Shown piece by piece: positions 59,166 through 64,000 of a DNA stretch of 64,000 bases. Within the stretch, counting starts at the first letter, position 1, and every line of letters begins with the position of its first letter. The stretch is from Planctomycetales bacterium (GTDB lineage: Bacteria > 4484-113), in the NCBI GenBank assembly GCA_037441675.1, contig JBBIRS010000002.1, forward strand, positions 231,249 to 295,248. The letters are read 5' to 3'. A program made the translations under genes and the position numbers. The notes under the pieces were generated by a model, which was not told the DNA's origin, searched no databases, and worked only from the letters and a program-made list of their open reading frames with translations.

Positions 59166-61340
59166 CTAGCTCATACTTGATAAGCGCTCTCTCATATCTC
59201 TAATAGCTTCATCCATTCTGGCAAGTTCCTCTTGCTTTTGCTCTTCCGTTAGCTCAGGATTATTCGCTATCATTTCTCGGTTCTTCTCCATATCTGCAAG
59301 CGCCTTACTTAGAGCTTCCTTCTCGGATATCTGACCGGTGGGCGGAGGAGAAGGGGAAGAAGTTGGGGCGGATGTCCCGGTTGATGGTGTAGCTTGAGGC
59401 TGAGTAGTTGTGGTTGATTGCTCCGATTGAGAAGTGCCTTGAGTTGTTGGACCTGAAGGCGTAAATGAAGGACGCTCAGCCCCGGGCTGAGTAGGCGGAC
59501 CAGGAGTTGATGGAATTTCAGTAGCGGGGGTAGTGGGTCGGTTTTGAGTGGGTCGCGGTGGAGGCTCTTTCCACTCAGTTGAGAACACGGGTTTTATAAG
59601 AGGAGCGGGAAGAATGTTCTCACCATTCGTATTTAGAATATACCTAGCTTCTTCCGAACTAACCTCCGAAATGGAGAGGGTCGCTGGATTGTCCACAGCT
59701 TCCTTGATTTTGAAGATTATCCTAGCCAGGGTTCCATCACCCTTTGGGGTTTCTAACGCTTCAGTTGCAATCGCAAAAGTGACTCGACCTTTACTTCCTG
59801 GCGGTTCAGCAAAGTAGATACTGTTCTGTGCGCTGGACGGGAAGAAGTTACCAATTTCTGCTATCTTGAAGGACATTTTTGTTGCATCAAAGTTGATTGT
59901 GAAAAGCCCCTTATAGAAGGCTGGGATATTTTCTCCCCTTAGTTCAACAACGAGAAAATCATCCTCGTTTAACTTCCGCGATATATTCCAAACTAGGGAG
60001 GTCTTGGGCTGAGGTTCGGTAACCGTTACTGGAAGAGAGCGCTCCTCAGTAACCTCGTTTCCCTTGTTGTCCAACGCAACCAACCGTATAGAGTAACCAC
60101 CAACCTTTTCTGGTTTCCAAAGGACAAACGGTTGGTCTGTTTCAAACTTAACCAACGAGGGTTCTTGGTTCGCCTCTTCCGCCTTTTCTGATTCTTTCTC
60201 AACACTCTCTTCAACTTCAACTAACCTACCGGTGCCTGGCGCCGGCTTGAAGCCTTCAAATTCTTCCTTCTCCTTTTGAACTTCCTCTACTTTTTTATCC
60301 ACTTCCGCGCCGGCTCCCGCTGTTTCTTCAGCTTCCTTAGATTTACTTGAGCCATCTTCTGTTGCGGTTTCCGAAGCAGCGTTCTCACTCGGCGTTTCCT
60401 CAGTGGTTTTTTCTGTATCCTCGTTTTCCGCCTCAACCTTAACCTTTGGCTGAGGTTCCGGCCAGTTATCCTCCAATTCCTCGCTTCCAGAATCCACTTC
60501 ACCTAGAACAGCGAATCTCAATAGAGGCAGGCGAAACGCATATCTTGCATACTTAATTTCTGGCTCGGTTTTTTCTTCTGTGTTAGAGCTAGCACCAGTA
60601 GCGGATGTTGAAGTTCCATCAGTAGAAGTGGATTCAGAGGGCTTTTCCGAAACTCCACTCTCTTTAACGTTTGATTCCTCGCTGCTATTATTAGCAGTGT
60701 TTTCGCTACTCTCCTTGCTAGTTGCATTACTATCGGATGTGGGTTTGGCGCCATTCGGTTGTTCTGCTGTTGGAGTGGAAACACTAGGAGCTTGTGCTTT
60801 CGCTTTCTCCTTAGACGGAGTTGGCAGGCTACTCAAGGTCGGTTTAGCTGGAGGCGCACCCTCACTTGCAGTCGGTTGTGCTTGACTTTCACCACCAGTA
60901 GCTTCAGAAGTAGTGGTTTCCGTCGTTTTTGCCAATCCTTTATTGGATTTTAACTCCTCGATATAGGAGAGGATATCACTTCGCATTCCTTCCGGGACTT
61001 GCGAGAATGTTCCACTTTCTGCTGTCCATCTGTAAGTTAAATCACGATTCTCTGGATTATCTACCACAGCTACAATTGGATAAGTTTCACCGGGCAACAT
61101 CTCGTTTGTTTTCGTCGCCACAATCATTATGGTGATAGGCGGACGATAATTCTCTTGAGGAAACTCCTGGGAACTACCGGTTGATGCTTGCCTAGAGCGG
61201 GTTGCACTTTGGTAATCTCTCTCAAAGGATGGGTTGGTTGAAACGTTTGAGCTTGTACTAGTACAAGCTACTATTAACAAACTGGCAAGGCTAAATAGAC
61301 CGGAAAGGCTCCAGATTTTTAAGCTTCTTTGTTTTTGCAT
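59166..61340 (-). CDS. Lipoprotein with split Ig/PKD-like domain, long disordered insert and cohesin-like domain
   Basis: Lipobox IVAC; LTYRWTAESGTF ... VLWKP...GYSIRLVALDNKG; FTINFDATKMSF...GNFF...GRVTFA...GDGTLARIIFK; Pro/Thr-rich tail. Confidence 0.75.
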   Translation of the reverse strand: MQKQRSLKIWSLSGLFSLASLLIVACTSTSSNVSTNPSFERDYQSATRSRQASTGSSQEFPQENYRPPITIMIVATKTNEMLPGETYPIVAVVDNPENRDLTYRWTAESGTFSQVPEGMRSDILSYIEELKSNKGLAKTTETTTSEATGGESQAQPTASEGAPPAKPTLSSLPTPSKEKAKAQAPSVSTPTAEQPNGAKPTSDSNATSKESSENTANNSSEESNVKESGVSEKPSESTSTDGTSTSATGASSNTEEKTEPEIKYARYAFRLPLLRFAVLGEVDSGSEELEDNWPEPQPKVKVEAENEDTEKTTEETPSENAASETATEDGSSKSKEAEETAGAGAEVDKKVEEVQKEKEEFEGFKPAPGTGRLVEVEESVEKESEKAEEANQEPSLVKFETDQPFVLWKPEKVGGYSIRLVALDNKGNEVTEERSLPVTVTEPQPKTSLVWNISRKLNEDDFLVVELRGENIPAFYKGLFTINFDATKMSFKIAEIGNFFPSSAQNSIYFAEPPGSKGRVTFAIATEALETPKGDGTLARIIFKIKEAVDNPATLSISEVSSEEARYILNTNGENILPAPLIKPVFSTEWKEPPPRPTQNRPTTPATEIPSTPGPPTQPGAERPSFTPSGPTTQGTSQSEQSTTTTQPQATPSTGTSAPTSSPSPPPTGQISEKEALSKALADMEKNREMIANNPELTEEQKQEELARMDEAIRDMRERLSSMS

Positions 61341-61571
61341 ACTTAGCTCTCCAGAATTATGCTTCAAGAATAAGTCTACCATTAGAAAAGACTGATTTCA
61401 ACCCAAATTGTTCAAGATGATGCCCCAAGGGAAAAATCCCTCAATACTTTAGTTAGCTAAGCCACGAAAGCTATTATGTTAAGAGAAAATAAACAAAAAG
61501 AATACTGTTCTGGAAACTATCCTAGATGGGTCTGTTCTGTTAGAATTACTAGAACAAAAAGGAGGTCCATA

Positions 61572-62204
61572 ATGATAGAATCGGAAATAGAGTATGCTCT
61601 TGCGAATATAGATTTTGACGAAATACTAGATCGGATTACTAATTGGGAGAAACTGAAGCTCATAAAGCGCGGAATGACACATGTAAAGGATATGTATTTG
61701 GATACCGACAGTTTTCATCTTTACGAGCGTAATTGCACTCTACGAGTGAGATTAAAATTGGAGGATATTTACCAAGGTTCACAAATTAGACTCACATTTA
61801 AGTCTCCCCTAAGAGAGCATCCAATAATGCTAGTGAGAGATGAGATGAAGATGAAACTTCTCGCTGATGATTTCGGAATTGTTGGCGAGTTTTTTGGAAA
61901 AATGTCGTCTAATTTAGTGAATGAGGAGCTCTCTTACAAACTCATCATTGAGGAAACCTCTAAAGAAGCTCACCTTGGCCAGGAAGGGAAAAAACTAAAC
62001 GTTTCCTTTGACCAGGTTAGATTCATATCACTACTTGAGCCTGAAAGAGTAATTAGCGAGAACTTTTTTGAAATTGAGGACCACGGTATTGGCGAAGATC
62101 TACTTCTTGAGATTGGAAAGAAACTTGAAAGCACGTATAACCTTGTTCCTTGTTTGGAAACTAAATACCGACGAGGATTAAGGCTTCTAGGAATATTGTC
62201 GTAG
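61572..62204 (+). CDS. CYTH (triphosphate tunnel metalloenzyme) domain protein
   Basis: IESEIEY, DMYLDT, LRVR, LTFK, RDE, FEIE, TKY; AGGAGG RBS before ATG 61572. Confidence 0.85.
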   Translation: MIESEIEYALANIDFDEILDRITNWEKLKLIKRGMTHVKDMYLDTDSFHLYERNCTLRVRLKLEDIYQGSQIRLTFKSPLREHPIMLVRDEMKMKLLADDFGIVGEFFGKMSSNLVNEELSYKLIIEETSKEAHLGQEGKKLNVSFDQVRFISLLEPERVISENFFEIEDHGIGEDLLLEIGKKLESTYNLVPCLETKYRRGLRLLGILS

Positions 62205-62383
62205 AATGCTTCATTTTCTAAAATCTTCTCAAGGGTGAGGATGAAGTGAAGAGAGTATAAAGTTCCGTTGGTTTAGAATGAATTCTGTTATTCCAATGTA
62301 ATCGCTACTCAAGGTTGACTTTGCTATATAAGAATTTTACTAAGGGGAATTAGCAGTTGGTGAATAAACCACAATGCAACAAG

Positions 62384-64000
62384 TTATGGGCTATCCTCAA
62401 TAAGAATATCAAAGGGAGCAAGGCTAGCTGAAACGGAAAATTCACTGCTTGAGCTTGCGAGAAAATGTGGAGTAAGATCCGCTGTGGCAACATTCGCTAA
62501 TTTTTCTACGAGCTGGATTAAGTATAGTCCTACGCCTTTATCCCCATCATAATAATACACCAACAACCTACCATCAGGACTTAATTGCCAATCTTTAGGC
62601 TTCACGCCGATTATCTCAGAGATGTTTACTGGAAAAGAATGCGAATCTTTTTCCACATCAGCCTGAAATATTACTAATTCACCATTCTCCAGATTCCACC
62701 CTATTACATCGCCGTTTATGCTTGCTTGTAGATTTGACTTTGCTGCACCATCCTCAGCCAAATACACCTTTGCGCCAGTATCTAAATTTATTCTTACCAC
62801 CTCATTATTCCTAGTTATGAGAAAAACACTGTTTCCCCCTTCAGCTATTGCACCATCGACTATATAGAGATCAAGCTTTAACAGGTTACGCTGAGAACCT
62901 GAGAATGAATCTACCGAGATTACTTTTCCAATTCCCTTATCATTAACAAGCAAAACTTTCTCCCCATTCGCAGAAACATCCAGTATTCTCTCGCTATCCT
63001 CACCGATGGGCATATATCCAGTTTGAGTAGAGAAAAGATAACCGCGAGTTCCAGCTTCAGTATCATCAAACTTTAGATTGAAATATGTTATTTCGCCACC
63101 CCTAGTAGGAAACACTTCTTCAACTAATCCAAGACTTGGCAGGAACTTAAGTGTTTCTTTCAAACTTGAGATATGAAAGACGCTAAATCCTGATTCTCCA
63201 ACTATCGCAATTTCCTCTGCACCAGGGGCAAGGAAGACTTTTCTTGGTTCGAAAACTAGTGGAAAAGTAAATGTACTAGCCCCATCAAACTCCACAAGTT
63301 TAAGTATTGACTCGCTTTGCGCTTCTTCGCTAGAGGTTATAAAGGCAATTGGATACCTATAATCGGGGGGGGTACTATATACCACTACCTTTACAGGATT
63401 AGCGTCAAAAGAATTTCCAGCGCCATCAACAACACTAAGTTGAAGTTGATAGGAGCCTGGCTTATCAAGAATGAAACGAGGCCTTTCCTCATCACTGAAA
63501 AGGTCACCAATCGTCCAACGGAAGAATAGAGGATACTTGCCTCCTGACACATTCGCCTTGGGAGATATTACAAATGGAATAGTACCGATAACTTTCTCAG
63601 CTAAATTAATAGCACAAGAAAGTTTCCCTCCGGAAATGGGAATGGGTATCTCATTCATTTGCAGTCTGAAACCATCGTCTACTATTTGCCGAACTCTGTA
63701 GACATCAGCCTTAGCATATTTCTTTTTTACTTCATAGCCAGTTTGAGATGTACCATCCCCAAAGTCCCAAGTCACCTTTGCTCCTTTAGGGATAGAGGTA
63801 GCGGTAAGCTTTACCGTTTGTCCATCGTTATCATACTCAACCTTAACTTTGGGAGCAGGGCTACCAAATTCATAGCCTACCAGCTCCTCCGCGGTACCGA
63901 CTCTAACTGGAAGGAATAACTTTGCGCTTTGCCCCGCTGAATCGGTTATCGCTATGCTCAGAAAATCGTAGCCTGAATTCTCAAAGGAAAATGTAAAGGA
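62384..64000 (-). CDS. Multi-PKD protein with C-terminal TolB-like beta-propeller (5' part outside window)
   Basis: Frame open from 64000; WDFGDG PKD motif and further PKD-like units; propeller-like SANGEKV, SINGDVI, SPDGRLL repeats. Confidence 0.8.
   Translation of the reverse strand, partial: SFTFSFENSGYDFLSIAITDSAGQSAKLFLPVRVGTAEELVGYEFGSPAPKVKVEYDNDGQTVKLTATSIPKGAKVTWDFGDGTSQTGYEVKKKYAKADVYRVRQIVDDGFRLQMNEIPIPISGGKLSCAINLAEKVIGTIPFVISPKANVSGGKYPLFFRWTIGDLFSDEERPRFILDKPGSYQLQLSVVDGAGNSFDANPVKVVVYSTPPDYRYPIAFITSSEEAQSESILKLVEFDGASTFTFPLVFEPRKVFLAPGAEEIAIVGESGFSVFHISSLKETLKFLPSLGLVEEVFPTRGGEITYFNLKFDDTEAGTRGYLFSTQTGYMPIGEDSERILDVSANGEKVLLVNDKGIGKVISVDSFSGSQRNLLKLDLYIVDGAIAEGGNSVFLITRNNEVVRINLDTGAKVYLAEDGAAKSNLQASINGDVIGWNLENGELVIFQADVEKDSHSFPVNISEIIGVKPKDWQLSPDGRLLVYYYDGDKGVGLYLIQLVEKLANVATADLTPHFLASSSSEFSVSASLAPFDILIEDSP

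Noticed and set aside
53990..61000. Inteins as the explanation for the in-frame insertions
   Set aside because: No C/S-start...HN-C/S/T splice motifs or LAGLIDADG blocks; the inserts are low-complexity.

Overview
Bacterial chromosomal segment from what looks like an unusual lineage (thyX, pdxT, bshA, EF-G paralogue, many apparently leaderless genes); the taxonomy cannot be fixed from the sequence. It carries mostly dispersed housekeeping genes (ugd, tatA, pdxT, nadE, rfbD, folK, uvrC, mnmE, surE, pgm, trxA, rdgB-like, bshA, lon, hslU, thyX, fusA-like) and three tRNAs without encoded CCA (Thr-CGT, fMet-CAT, Gln-TTG). There is also a set of large exported or lipidated surface proteins: a subtilase-fold lipoprotein lacking all catalytic residues, an IPT/TIG lipoprotein, a cohesin-like lipoprotein with an Ig-like domain split by a long disordered insert, a PKD/beta-propeller protein and a secretin N-terminal module with no secretin pore. 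Other content includes a partly decayed glycan locus, an intact MazF-type TA pair beside decaying genes, at least six pseudogenes that the ORF track shows only as fragments, and clusters of GTAG-hairpin (REP/REPIN-like) repeats. I found no CRISPR array, rRNA, integrase or transposase, and no single complete novel multi-gene system. The best leads are the dead subtilase and related scaffold proteins, the REP-like repeats with compensatory changes, bshA apparently starting leaderless at ATC, ThyX with a zinc-finger-like tail, and an EndoIII-like pseudogene with TGA at two Fe-S cysteine positions. All family calls rest on motif recognition by eye, not on database searches.
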